Positions 17,900 through 25,837 of a stretch of 64,000 nucleotides of DNA are shown here, piece after piece. The DNA comes from Bacteroidales bacterium (GTDB taxonomy: Bacteria > Bacteroidota > Bacteroidia > Bacteroidales > Paludibacteraceae). How positions within the stretch are numbered: position 1 is the first letter of the stretch; the number at the start of each line of letters is the position of its first letter. The notes under the pieces are model-generated. The model was given only the letters and a program-made list of their open reading frames with translations. It searched no databases and was not told the DNA's origin. The stretch lies in assembly GCA_050872525.1 (NCBI GenBank), contig JBNMHB010000001.1:10210-74209 (forward strand), given 5' to 3'. The position numbers and the translations under genes were made by a program.

Positions 17900-18682
17900 T
17901 GCCTGCATAAGATACTGCTTTTTCGGCATCTGTGCAAATAAAAGACGTCTCGGGTAGGGTAGATAGGGTAGGTGGGATAGGTCAATTCATACCTTATACA
18001 CATACGCATGTGTGTGTATAGTTATATAGTTTTGGCAATCCATCTACCCTACCCACCCTACTTCAATAAAGTTTCTCCACGTGGTATCCCACAAAACATT
18101 CCGTTTGTTAAGATTCCATTGTGGATTGTATATTGTACATTGTACATTGAAAAGTAAGGTGGATGTGAGGTGGATATGAGGTGGATAGCAGGTAGTTCCC
18201 TGTCTCTCAAAAAGTGCTTTTTGTTAAGATTTCTCTCTGTTCCAATTCTTTGAGAAAAGGCAACCGCCCCGCGATAGACCTGCTAATGACCCGCTAATGA
18301 CAGGCAACCGATAAAAAGTGTCAAATCTTAAGATTGCACTCCTTTGTCTTATGGTTATAGTTTTTAGAAAATGGGGTGTGTCGCAAAACAATCACTTGCA
18401 TATTTGGCTATTTCTTTTGGGAAAATTAAAACATTATTTGCGTGTTTGAAATAATTATTGTAATTTTGTAGCGTAAAGTAGAGGGGGCTTTTGTGATTCA
18501 AAGATGTGGATTCCTATTACGACTACTATTACATACGCGACAATAGTGTTAATATCACAGAGGACTCATTCTCCCATTTGGTGAATGATTAGACGGGAAT
18601 ATGTTTCCGGTTCGCAATTGCTGGTAATCCATTACATGGTGCAAAATAAAATCAATCAATAACCAATAAATTACGAATTATT

Positions 18683-19798
18683 ATGAAAAAAAGTACCTTT
18701 TTCGCTGTAATAATTGTCTTTGCAGCAGTGTTAGTGTGGTGCAATGCCTCGCAAGACCCGATTCACGACACAACGAAGTTATGGCCTGCTTTTAATACTT
18801 CTGTTAATAAATGGGGCTTTATTGATGCAAAGGGCAACTTTGCCATTCAACCGATGTTTGACCAAGTTTCCGGCTTCTCCTGTGGGTATGCGGTGGTAAA
18901 GATGAATGATCTGGCAAAATACATTAATACAAAAGGTCAGATACAAATGACCACTTCTATGGACCGAGCCGATGATTTCTATTATAACTATGCCACATTC
19001 CGTTTGAATGGTAAATATGGTATGATAAATAATAAATGCGCAACCGTTATACAACCTATGTATGAGTATATAGGCGATATGGGGGACAATGGATTGGTTG
19101 CCGTTCGGTTGTCTTCGTCGGATAAATATGGTTTTTGCAATGCAAAAGGTGAATATAAAATTCAACCCACCTATGATGATGCATACGATTTTAGAGAAGG
19201 CGGTGCAGTAGTGGCGATAGGTAGCAAACGTGGTGTTATTGACAAAAACGGTCAATATGTGATTGCGCCGATCTACGATTATTTGGTAGATGGTGGAGGG
19301 GGTTTGATATGCTTTGAGCAGAACGACAAATATGGTGCTTTGGATTTGCGTGGTAATACGGTTATTCAGCCCATCTATGATGATGCCGTAAGATTGGTGG
19401 ATAATAATCTGATTGGCGTGGAGCAAAATGAAAAGTGGGGATATGTTGACACCAAAGGAAATATAAAATTGCCGATACAATACCACGATGTAACGCCATT
19501 CTTTGAAGGCTATGCGTGGATACAAGCCACCGAAGAATCCTCATACACACTGATTGACACGAAAGGAAAGGTATTGCTTACATTGGGTAAAGATGACAAA
19601 CCATATACCGGTATGCATAACGGATTAGCCCTTGTTAGCACAGAAGACGGATATAAATATGTGGACGTGAACGGCAGAGTGGTGTACGCATGGAGTTATG
19701 CTTATTCTAATGCACCGGAAAAGATTTCTGCAAAAAAGCACGGCGATAATGATATGGCAAAACGGACATTGCATTTCTCGTCGAAAGAATTGTACTAA
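18683..19798 (+). CDS. WG-repeat (KWG) containing secreted protein (371 aa)
   Basis: A signal peptide is followed by at least 8 copies of the repeat (K/N)(W/Y)G(F/Y/M)I(D/N)xxGxxxIxPxYD. An example is KWGFIDAKGNFAIQPMFD. Confidence 0.8.
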   Translation: MKKSTFFAVIIVFAAVLVWCNASQDPIHDTTKLWPAFNTSVNKWGFIDAKGNFAIQPMFDQVSGFSCGYAVVKMNDLAKYINTKGQIQMTTSMDRADDFYYNYATFRLNGKYGMINNKCATVIQPMYEYIGDMGDNGLVAVRLSSSDKYGFCNAKGEYKIQPTYDDAYDFREGGAVVAIGSKRGVIDKNGQYVIAPIYDYLVDGGGGLICFEQNDKYGALDLRGNTVIQPIYDDAVRLVDNNLIGVEQNEKWGYVDTKGNIKLPIQYHDVTPFFEGYAWIQATEESSYTLIDTKGKVLLTLGKDDKPYTGMHNGLALVSTEDGYKYVDVNGRVVYAWSYAYSNAPEKISAKKHGDNDMAKRTLHFSSKELY

Positions 19799-19844
19799 TT
19801 GCCACGTAATATCGTTTACTCTGCCAATAAGTGGAGAGTGAGAC

Positions 19845-19883
19845 AAATAGGGTTGCCTGATAACACATCGGGCAACCCTATTT
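19845..19883 (+). terminator. Putative terminator after the WG-repeat gene
   Basis: A 13-bp perfect stem, aaatagggttgcc (19845-19857) pairing with ggcaaccctattt (19871-19883). Confidence 0.5.
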
Positions 19884-20105
19884 GTAATTATGAATTATGA
19901 ATTGCAACGCATAATTTGCCTTAGGTTGGGATTGCTGAATCACCCGATAATCTCCCGATATGCTCCCGATAGACTCCCGAATGGTGTGTTTCTACTGCAT
20001 AATCATCGGAATAAGAAAAACGACTTGTACAATCCAACTATTTTCCGTATTTTTGCAGTCCGTTTATTGTAGTGGAATTTTTATCGGATACCCCAAGTAG
20101 GAAAA

Positions 20106-22406
20106 ATGGAGAATATGAATTTTTTAGATGACTTGAATGAATCGCAACGCGCGGCAGTGGAATATATCGATGGTCCGGAATTGGTCATCGCAGGCGCAGG
20201 GTCGGGCAAAACGCGCGTGCTGACCTACAAAATAGCATACCTGTTGCAGATGGGAGTGCGGGCAAACAATATCCTCGCGCTCACCTTTACCAACAAAGCC
20301 GCCCGCGAGATGAAGGACCGTATCGCACGCCTTGTGCCGGCTGCGAATGCGCGTTACCTTTGGATGGGTACTTTCCACTCCGTCTGTGCGCGTCTATTGC
20401 GCAGTGAATCAGAGCGATTGGGTTTCACGCGCGACTTCACTATCTACGACACTGCCGACTCCAAATCGCTCCTCAAGCAGATTCTAAAAGATATGCAGTT
20501 GGACGATAAAATATACAAAACCGGCACAGTCTTAGGGCGTATTTCCACTGCGAAGAACTTGCTCATCACGCCTGATGGCTACGCGCATAATCGCGATTTC
20601 TATAAGGCGGATACCGAAGCGCGTCTGTATAATATGGCAGAGGTGTACCGAGCCTACCAGGCGCGTCTCAAAGCCGCCAACGCTATGGATTTCGACGACT
20701 TGCTTATCAATATGAACAGCCTGCTCGATCACGATGCAGAGGTGCGACAGAAATACCAACAGGCATTTCAGTATGTCTTGGTGGACGAGTATCAGGATAC
20801 CAACTATGTGCAATATCTGTTGGTCAAACGCCTCGCCGAACCGCAGAACCGAATCTGTGTTGTAGGCGACGATGCCCAATCAATCTACTCGTTTCGAGGT
20901 GCCGACATACGCAATATATTGGGTTTTCAGCGCGATTACCCCCATTCGCACCTCTACAAATTAGAGCGCAACTACCGTTCAACACAGACGATTGTCAATG
21001 CCGCCAACTCGCTCATTCATCACAACGAACACCAGATTCCCAAAGAAGTCTATTCGGAGAAAGAAGAAGGACAACGAATCGACCTGACTGATTATCTGTC
21101 AGACCGCGATGAAAGCGCGGCGATTGCGCGTTCCATCAGCATAAATCATATTCGGAACCATCGCGCATACAGCGATATGGCGATTTTGTACCGCACCAAC
21201 GCCCAATCGCGCTCATTCGAGAACGAACTGCGCAAACTAAGCATACCGTATCGTATCTACGGCGGCATGTCTTTCTACCAGCGCAAAGAGATAAAAGACG
21301 CCATCGCTTATTTTCGCCTGGCTGTTAATCCGCTTGATAATGAGGCACTTCTGCGCGTTATCAATTTCCCCGCGCGAGGTATCGGAAATACTACATTGGG
21401 CAAAATCACCGAGGCTGCACAAAAACACAACCTCAGTATGTTGAGCGTGGTGGAACACCCTATGGAATGTGCTCTCTCCGTACAAAACGCGACTGCCAAG
21501 AAATTGATTCTGTTTGCCAACCTGATGACCCGCCTGCGCGAGGCGGCAGAGACCAAAGACGCGTATGAATTCGCCGAGACGGCACTCAGCCTGTCGGGAG
21601 TGCGCACCGCCGCCATGACTGACCGCACACCGGAAGGTATCGACCGCGCCGAGAATATACAAGAATTGCTCAATGGTATTCACGAGTTTGTGGACAGACG
21701 CAACGAAGAAGGCATTTCGTTTACACCTATCACCGACTTTTTGGCAGAAGTGTCTCTCCTGACCGACCAAGACGAGGACCTCGCCGACCAGACGGCGCGA
21801 GTTACACTTATGACTATACATGCTGCCAAAGGATTGGAATTTCCTATCGTCTATATCGTCGGTATGGAGGAAAACCTGTTCCCTTCGCAATACTGCGTCA
21901 AGCCGAGCGAGATAGAAGAAGAACGCCGGCTGTTCTATGTTGCCATCACGCGTGCAATGGATTGTTGCCACCTGTCGTATGCCCGCCAACGCTTTCGCAA
22001 TGGGCAGGTGGGATTCACCTCACCATCGCGTTTCCTGAACGATATCGACCGGAAATATCTGCAAATCATAGCCTCGCAAACCACTTTGCCATCCAATCGT
22101 CCGCAGTGGAGCAACAATACATGGGGAGACGACACCGACTATTCCGCGTCTCGTCGTTCCCTGATTGAAGAGGAACCCAAACCCGCGTTTGCGAAGAACT
22201 TACGCCCAGTGAAAACATCGATGAATACAGGACAAGCCGTCGATACCGACTATCCAGCGGGCTGTCGTGTCTATCATCATGTGTTCGGAGAAGGGACTGT
22301 GCAGAGAATGTATTGCGAGAATGGCAATGATAAGATAGATATTCTCTTTGATACCCAAGGGCAGAAAACACTCCTGCTCACGTATGCCAAATTGGAAAAA
22401 AGATGA
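20106..22406 (+). CDS. UvrD/Rep/PcrA-family ATP-dependent DNA helicase (766 aa)
   Basis: SF1 helicase motifs are present: AGAGSGKT (Walker A), LVDEYQDTN (motif II), VGDDAQSIYSFRGA, YRS, TIHAAKGLEF and YVAITRA. Confidence 0.9.
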   Translation: MENMNFLDDLNESQRAAVEYIDGPELVIAGAGSGKTRVLTYKIAYLLQMGVRANNILALTFTNKAAREMKDRIARLVPAANARYLWMGTFHSVCARLLRSESERLGFTRDFTIYDTADSKSLLKQILKDMQLDDKIYKTGTVLGRISTAKNLLITPDGYAHNRDFYKADTEARLYNMAEVYRAYQARLKAANAMDFDDLLINMNSLLDHDAEVRQKYQQAFQYVLVDEYQDTNYVQYLLVKRLAEPQNRICVVGDDAQSIYSFRGADIRNILGFQRDYPHSHLYKLERNYRSTQTIVNAANSLIHHNEHQIPKEVYSEKEEGQRIDLTDYLSDRDESAAIARSISINHIRNHRAYSDMAILYRTNAQSRSFENELRKLSIPYRIYGGMSFYQRKEIKDAIAYFRLAVNPLDNEALLRVINFPARGIGNTTLGKITEAAQKHNLSMLSVVEHPMECALSVQNATAKKLILFANLMTRLREAAETKDAYEFAETALSLSGVRTAAMTDRTPEGIDRAENIQELLNGIHEFVDRRNEEGISFTPITDFLAEVSLLTDQDEDLADQTARVTLMTIHAAKGLEFPIVYIVGMEENLFPSQYCVKPSEIEEERRLFYVAITRAMDCCHLSYARQRFRNGQVGFTSPSRFLNDIDRKYLQIIASQTTLPSNRPQWSNNTWGDDTDYSASRRSLIEEEPKPAFAKNLRPVKTSMNTGQAVDTDYPAGCRVYHHVFGEGTVQRMYCENGNDKIDILFDTQGQKTLLLTYAKLEKR

Positions 22407-22990
22407 AGCGACCGAGTCTCATAGCGTGTTTCCTCGTTATCGCATTTGCCTGCTGCGCAAGTGCTGCACCGGCACGCTTGGACTCACTAATGCTCCGTGT
22501 GGAAAATGGCGACACCATCTATCTGGCATATCTGCACGACGTATATGTCTATCCGCCACTCAAATTTAAGAACAGAAAACAGGAGCGTTTTTATTGGCGC
22601 ACTGTGCGCGATGTAAAAAAGACACTCCCGTATGCCAAAATGATTAGTCGGGACATGGAGTTCGCTGACGAGGAACTGGCAAAGATACAAGACCCAAAGG
22701 CACGCAGACGCTGGTGGAAGAAATACGAAAAGTACCTGTTTCAGAAATATGAACAAGATTTCCGCGGTATGTATGCCTCGCAGGGACAAATGCTGATGAA
22801 ACTGATGGACCGCGAGAGCGACCGGACCAGTTACGAACTTATCAAACAATACCGCGGCAAAGCCAGTGCCAACTGGTGGCAGTTCGTAGCCAAATTATTC
22901 AAGAACGACCTGAAAGAAGAATATGATGCCCAAGACAAAGACAAAATCGTCGAGCGCGTCATCAATCTGGTTGAGGCGGGACAGTTGTAA
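22403..22990 (+). CDS. DUF4294-like protein with signal peptide (195 aa)
   Basis: It overlaps the helicase stop (ATGA). The signal peptide is MKRPSLIACFLVIAFACCASA. The segment YPPLKFKNRKQERFYWRTVRDVKKTLPYAK matches what I recall of Bacteroidetes DUF4294. This is a family assignment from memory. Confidence 0.55.
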   Translation: MKRPSLIACFLVIAFACCASAAPARLDSLMLRVENGDTIYLAYLHDVYVYPPLKFKNRKQERFYWRTVRDVKKTLPYAKMISRDMEFADEELAKIQDPKARRRWWKKYEKYLFQKYEQDFRGMYASQGQMLMKLMDRESDRTSYELIKQYRGKASANWWQFVAKLFKNDLKEEYDAQDKDKIVERVINLVEAGQL

Positions 22991-23094
22991 AAGCCCTTTA
23001 AAACTTTTATAGTAACTGTGGTTTCTATGAAGGTTGTGTGCTATTTATCAAATATCATAGTTCCCACTATGTATCAGTAGATACTATTATAGAT

Positions 23095-23143
23095 AACTTC
23101 AAGACGCAAGTGCTTTATTTACAAACACTTGCGTCTTGAAGTT
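23095..23143 (-). terminator. 18-bp perfect stem-loop immediately 3' of the tRNA remnant (likely the native tRNA terminator or processing hairpin)
   Basis: aacttcaagacgcaagtg (23095-23112) pairs with cacttgcgtcttgaagtt (23126-23143) around a 13-nt loop. There is no clear U tract. Confidence 0.45.
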
Positions 23144-23144
23144 G

Positions 23145-23189
23145 TGGTCTCAGTAGGGCTTGAACCTACGACCCCCTGATTATGAGTCA
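23145..23189 (-). other. Orphan 3' portion (anticodon loop to acceptor end) of a tRNA with anticodon CAT; putative left att site of the integrated element
   Basis: The reverse complement is (TT)TGACTCATAATCAGGGGGTCGTAGGTTCAAGCCCTACTGAGACCA. It contains the anticodon loop CTCATAA, the T-arm GTAGG-TTCAAGC-CCTAC and the acceptor 3' strand plus discriminator. No D-arm or matching 5' acceptor strand (GGTCTCA) lies upstream. Confidence 0.7.
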
Positions 23190-23257
23190 AATGAGTACTT
23201 ATTGAGTATCAATAACTTATGTCATATTTACAAAGTTGTTGCAAGGTTTTTGCAAGG

Positions 23258-23599
23258 TTATGTTTGGATATACTGCCTATCAAAAAGCCGCTCCAAACGT
23301 GCAACGCGGGCTTCCAATTGCTCCTGTTTTACGTTATCGTTGCTATCTGTTAGTGCTTCTCCATTCCCGCGGAGCAGAAACTCGGCAGAAACGTTGGGAC
23401 ACAATTTTGCTACGGCAAGAACAACACGGATATCCAGATTGAAATGCCCGTTGAGTTGGTTGGTAACTGTAGGCTGATGCATACCAGCCTCTTTGGCTAT
23501 TTGCATAATGGTAAGCCTGTTGATTTGCTTGGCTTGCTTTACTCGTGCCAGCAGTTCCAAAGAAGCGGGAGTAAGTGCTGTATTAGTTCTTGTTGTCAT
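23258..23599 (-). CDS. HTH DNA-binding protein (113 aa from ATG 23599), paralogous in layout to the 24698..25102 repressor
   Basis: RLTIMQIAKEAGMHQPTVTNQLNGHFNLDIRVVLAVAKLCPNVSAEFLLRGNG is an HTH followed by the (W/F)LLxGxG tail common in Bacteroidales phage repressors. A C-terminal coiled coil follows. Confidence 0.6.
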   Translation of the reverse strand: MTTRTNTALTPASLELLARVKQAKQINRLTIMQIAKEAGMHQPTVTNQLNGHFNLDIRVVLAVAKLCPNVSAEFLLRGNGEALTDSNDNVKQEQLEARVARLERLFDRQYIQT

Positions 23600-23612
23600 A
23601 CGCAGAATTAGG

Positions 23613-24128
23613 TTATATGATGTTGCAAAATTGTTGAACCTTATCGGAGTTGTATGTATCTTCAAGCAGCCCATAGAATGTATCTTTCATACGTTTCTGT
23701 AGTTCGCCATAGAAATCGTTGTACCCGCATTGGCTATCATAAGATATGCCCTCACCATATTTGATAACAAGTAGGTCACTACTGCTCAAATTATTGATTT
23801 CGTCCTCCAGCATATCCGAGATATAGTCAGGCAGGTACGGATTGATTTCCTCATAATCATAGCCGAAATGGCATACAGAAACGGACAGGGTCTCGAAGAA
23901 TGTAAAGCCCTCACCGACTGCGCCATCGTTCCCTGCGCACTCCGGTGCTAACTTCTTATTCATACGCGCGATAGCACGCTGGCATGCGTCGGTGAACACA
24001 TCGCCACAAGTATTGCTGCACTCGCGCTCAAAGGCGGAAATGTAGCCTTGCAGCCGCCTATTCTCCTCCTTGTAGTATTTGAGTTGCTGCGGAATAGGAT
24101 TATTGGTTATACCATTATGGATATTCAT
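23613..24128 (-). CDS. Hypothetical cytoplasmic protein (171 aa), third gene of the repressor operon
   Basis: Its start overlaps the upstream stop (ATGA at 24125-24128). It is acidic and Cys-containing, and I recognised no motif. Confidence 0.55.
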   Translation of the reverse strand: MNIHNGITNNPIPQQLKYYKEENRRLQGYISAFERECSNTCGDVFTDACQRAIARMNKKLAPECAGNDGAVGEGFTFFETLSVSVCHFGYDYEEINPYLPDYISDMLEDEINNLSSSDLLVIKYGEGISYDSQCGYNDFYGELQKRMKDTFYGLLEDTYNSDKVQQFCNII

Positions 24129-24694
24129 CGTAGTGTTGCTTGCTTTTTAATATGTTCAACACATTTCTTTAATGAAATCATAAAAGTCTTTGTTTTCATA
24201 TATACATATACGGTTTTCCCATTGATATACATCGTTTCACAAAACACCCCTTCCAAATTTGGTTTGTCCTCTTTGTCTGTAGTAACATAGAATTCTTCTT
24301 GATGACAAAGCATATACTCAATAGCAGAATCAATATATTTTGAAATGACAGACCAATACTGCTCATATGAAATCCTTCGGAGAATATAAAAGCCACTATA
24401 CTTTCCGAAATCTTCTATATATGCAGGAATAAGACAATTACTTTGTTTGGGAGGTTCAACCTGTGCTTTGTTCTTTCGTGCACAACGTGCCACTAAACAA
24501 TAAAGAAATAATGGCAATACTGCGGCTATAGGCAGTACAATAAAGTAGAACTCTGCAACCTTTATATTATCGTCTGTATCGTATCTGTCGAAATCTATAT
24601 AGTCAATGCAAATCCTAAACAATAATAAGTAGTAAGCAATGCAGAATAGGACTGATAAAATTTCCTTGTAATGTGCTTTGAGCCACTTTTTCAT
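24125..24694 (-). CDS. Hypothetical membrane protein with two N-terminal TM helices (189 aa)
   Basis: The ATG lies 3 nt after the repressor stop. The TM helices are ILSVLFCIAYYLLLFRICI and FYFIVLPIAAVLPLFLYCLVA. The segment is markedly AT-rich compared with its neighbours. Confidence 0.6.
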   Translation of the reverse strand: MKKWLKAHYKEILSVLFCIAYYLLLFRICIDYIDFDRYDTDDNIKVAEFYFIVLPIAAVLPLFLYCLVARCARKNKAQVEPPKQSNCLIPAYIEDFGKYSGFYILRRISYEQYWSVISKYIDSAIEYMLCHQEEFYVTTDKEDKPNLEGVFCETMYINGKTVYVYMKTKTFMISLKKCVEHIKKQATLR

Positions 24695-24697
24695 ATA

Positions 24698-25102
24698 CTA
24701 TTGCTTAAGGTAATCAATAAGGTCTGCGTTCTGCTTGATAATAGCAGCCAATGCCTCCTCTTTGCTCATACGGGGTAATGTTTGCTCCGGTTGGGCAATA
24801 ATAGTCTGCGTGCCTCCATAGTTTGTCGTATTCGTATTGTGATGCCCACGGTTGGAATTGTCGATATTGATTTCCATCGGCTTGTTGGTAATGAGCATAT
24901 CACCTGTACCACGGAGCAACCATTCAGCAGATACCTGTGGGTATAGTTGGCAAAACTTAATAACCATAGACACATTCAAATCCGAAGTCATTGCTTCGCC
25001 AACAAAGTTCGACTTGGATATTCCTAATTGTCGAGCGATTTCTGCTTTTGAAAGTCCAATAGACTGAACGAAGAGCAGAATTTTTTCCTTTACATTTTCC
25101 AT
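24698..25102 (-). CDS. XRE/cI-like HTH transcriptional repressor (134 aa from ATG 25102; the ORF extends to 25165)
   Basis: MENVKEKILLFVQSIGLSKAEIARQLGISKSNF...QVSAEWLLRGTGDM. It is divergent from the rightward early genes. I preferred the shorter start because the longer one would run through the operator-like palindrome. Confidence 0.7.
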   Translation of the reverse strand: MENVKEKILLFVQSIGLSKAEIARQLGISKSNFVGEAMTSDLNVSMVIKFCQLYPQVSAEWLLRGTGDMLITNKPMEINIDNSNRGHHNTNTTNYGGTQTIIAQPEQTLPRMSKEEALAAIIKQNADLIDYLKQ

Positions 25103-25137
25103 AATTTCGATATATTTTACCATAAAGTGCAGAAAAA

Positions 25138-25154
25138 TGAACTTTTTGAGTTCA
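25138..25154. promoter_or_regulatory. Operator-like palindrome TGAACT-N5-AGTTCA in the divergent switch region
   Basis: The sequence is tgaactttttgagttca. A third half-site, AGTTCA, sits at 25166-25171. The palindrome lies between the repressor start (25102) and the rightward -7 box (25183). Confidence 0.4.
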
Positions 25155-25182
25155 AAAATTTGCACAGTTCAAAAAAATACAC

Positions 25183-25190
25183 TACCTTTG
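25183..25190 (+). promoter_or_regulatory. Rightward -7 promoter box TACCTTTG (early promoter)
   Basis: It matches TAnnTTTG. It is embedded in the 19-mer acactacctttgcaccgtc, which recurs exactly at 60051-60069. Confidence 0.5.
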
Positions 25191-25199
25191 CACCGTCAT

Positions 25200-25360
25200 T
25201 TGGTAGAGTTATACAAAAGTCGTGTCCGAAAACGGCTACCAGCGGAAGCGTCTGCGGTTACATTATAACTCAAAGATATAGTGTAGAATTTCTATCTAAA
25301 TTGGTGTTTGCAAGAAATTCGCTGCAAAGATACGAAAAAAATATAACTCTACCAATTTTT
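25200..25360 (+). ncRNA. Candidate structured leader or small RNA closed by a 14-bp stem and followed by U5
   Basis: ttggtagagttata (25200-25213) is perfectly complementary to tataactctaccaa (25342-25355), and ttttt follows. The region starts about 10 nt after the -7 box. No convincing ORF lies inside it. Confidence 0.3.
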
Positions 25361-25387
25361 ATTAGTAATATATCAAAAACAAACATT

Positions 25388-25579
25388 ATGGAAACTTTTC
25401 AGAGTAGAAAATGGCTGTTATCGATGTTTGAGGGGGAGGAGCGAATACTCCCTGCAAGCAAAGCCAAGTACAGGAACATTAAGACCACCACCCATCAGTT
25501 GAAACTAATGGGATTAGGCGAGTGGAGTTGTAGCAAAAAGCGTTTAGGAGATTACACACGAATAACACGTATCAAATAA
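25388..25579 (+). CDS. Small hypothetical protein (63 aa), first rightward early gene
   Basis: This is the internal Met of ORF 25127..25579, METFQSRKWLL. The upstream part of that ORF spans the promoter and the structured leader, so it is unlikely to be coding. Confidence 0.45.
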   Translation: METFQSRKWLLSMFEGEERILPASKAKYRNIKTTTHQLKLMGLGEWSCSKKRLGDYTRITRIK

Positions 25580-25588
25580 TATTACTCT

Positions 25589-25786
25589 ATGAAAACCAAG
25601 CGTATTATCAATGCCACAATATGGGCAGCAATATGCATAGTTTTATGCACAGGTGTAACTATCGAATGGTACTCACAGGGTTGCGGGGCATCGAGCCTCA
25701 TCGCCGCCATAGCGATGTACACTATATGTACTGCTGCTATCGGATTTTGCATAGACCAGACTATACATGACATGGCAAATAATTAA
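25589..25786 (+). CDS. Small membrane protein (65 aa, two TM helices)
   Basis: The hydrophobic segments are ATIWAAICIVLCTGVTI and LIAAIAMYTICTAAIGFCI. Confidence 0.5.
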   Translation: MKTKRIINATIWAAICIVLCTGVTIEWYSQGCGASSLIAAIAMYTICTAAIGFCIDQTIHDMANN

Positions 25787-25837
25787 AACACACAAGAACA
25801 TTTACAACAAAATGTATAACAGTAATCATCCCGACAA

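Noticed and set aside
23145-23225. Possibility of a complete tRNA-Met gene at the prophage junction
   Set aside because: Only the 3' roughly 45 nt fold as tRNA. The upstream sequence (…ttgatactcaataagtactcat) has no D-arm and no strand complementary to the acceptor TGAGACC. I therefore treat it as an att-site remnant.
25200-25355. Retron msr/msd-like ncRNA (long flanking inverted repeat)
   Set aside because: No reverse transcriptase gene is present anywhere in the window, and there is no conserved branching-G context. I kept it as a generic structured leader or sRNA candidate instead.
25127-25387. N-terminal 87 codons of ORF 25127..25579
   Set aside because: This part spans the operator palindrome, the -7 box and the 14-bp-stem structured region. 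The composition is poor. I preferred the internal Met at 25388.
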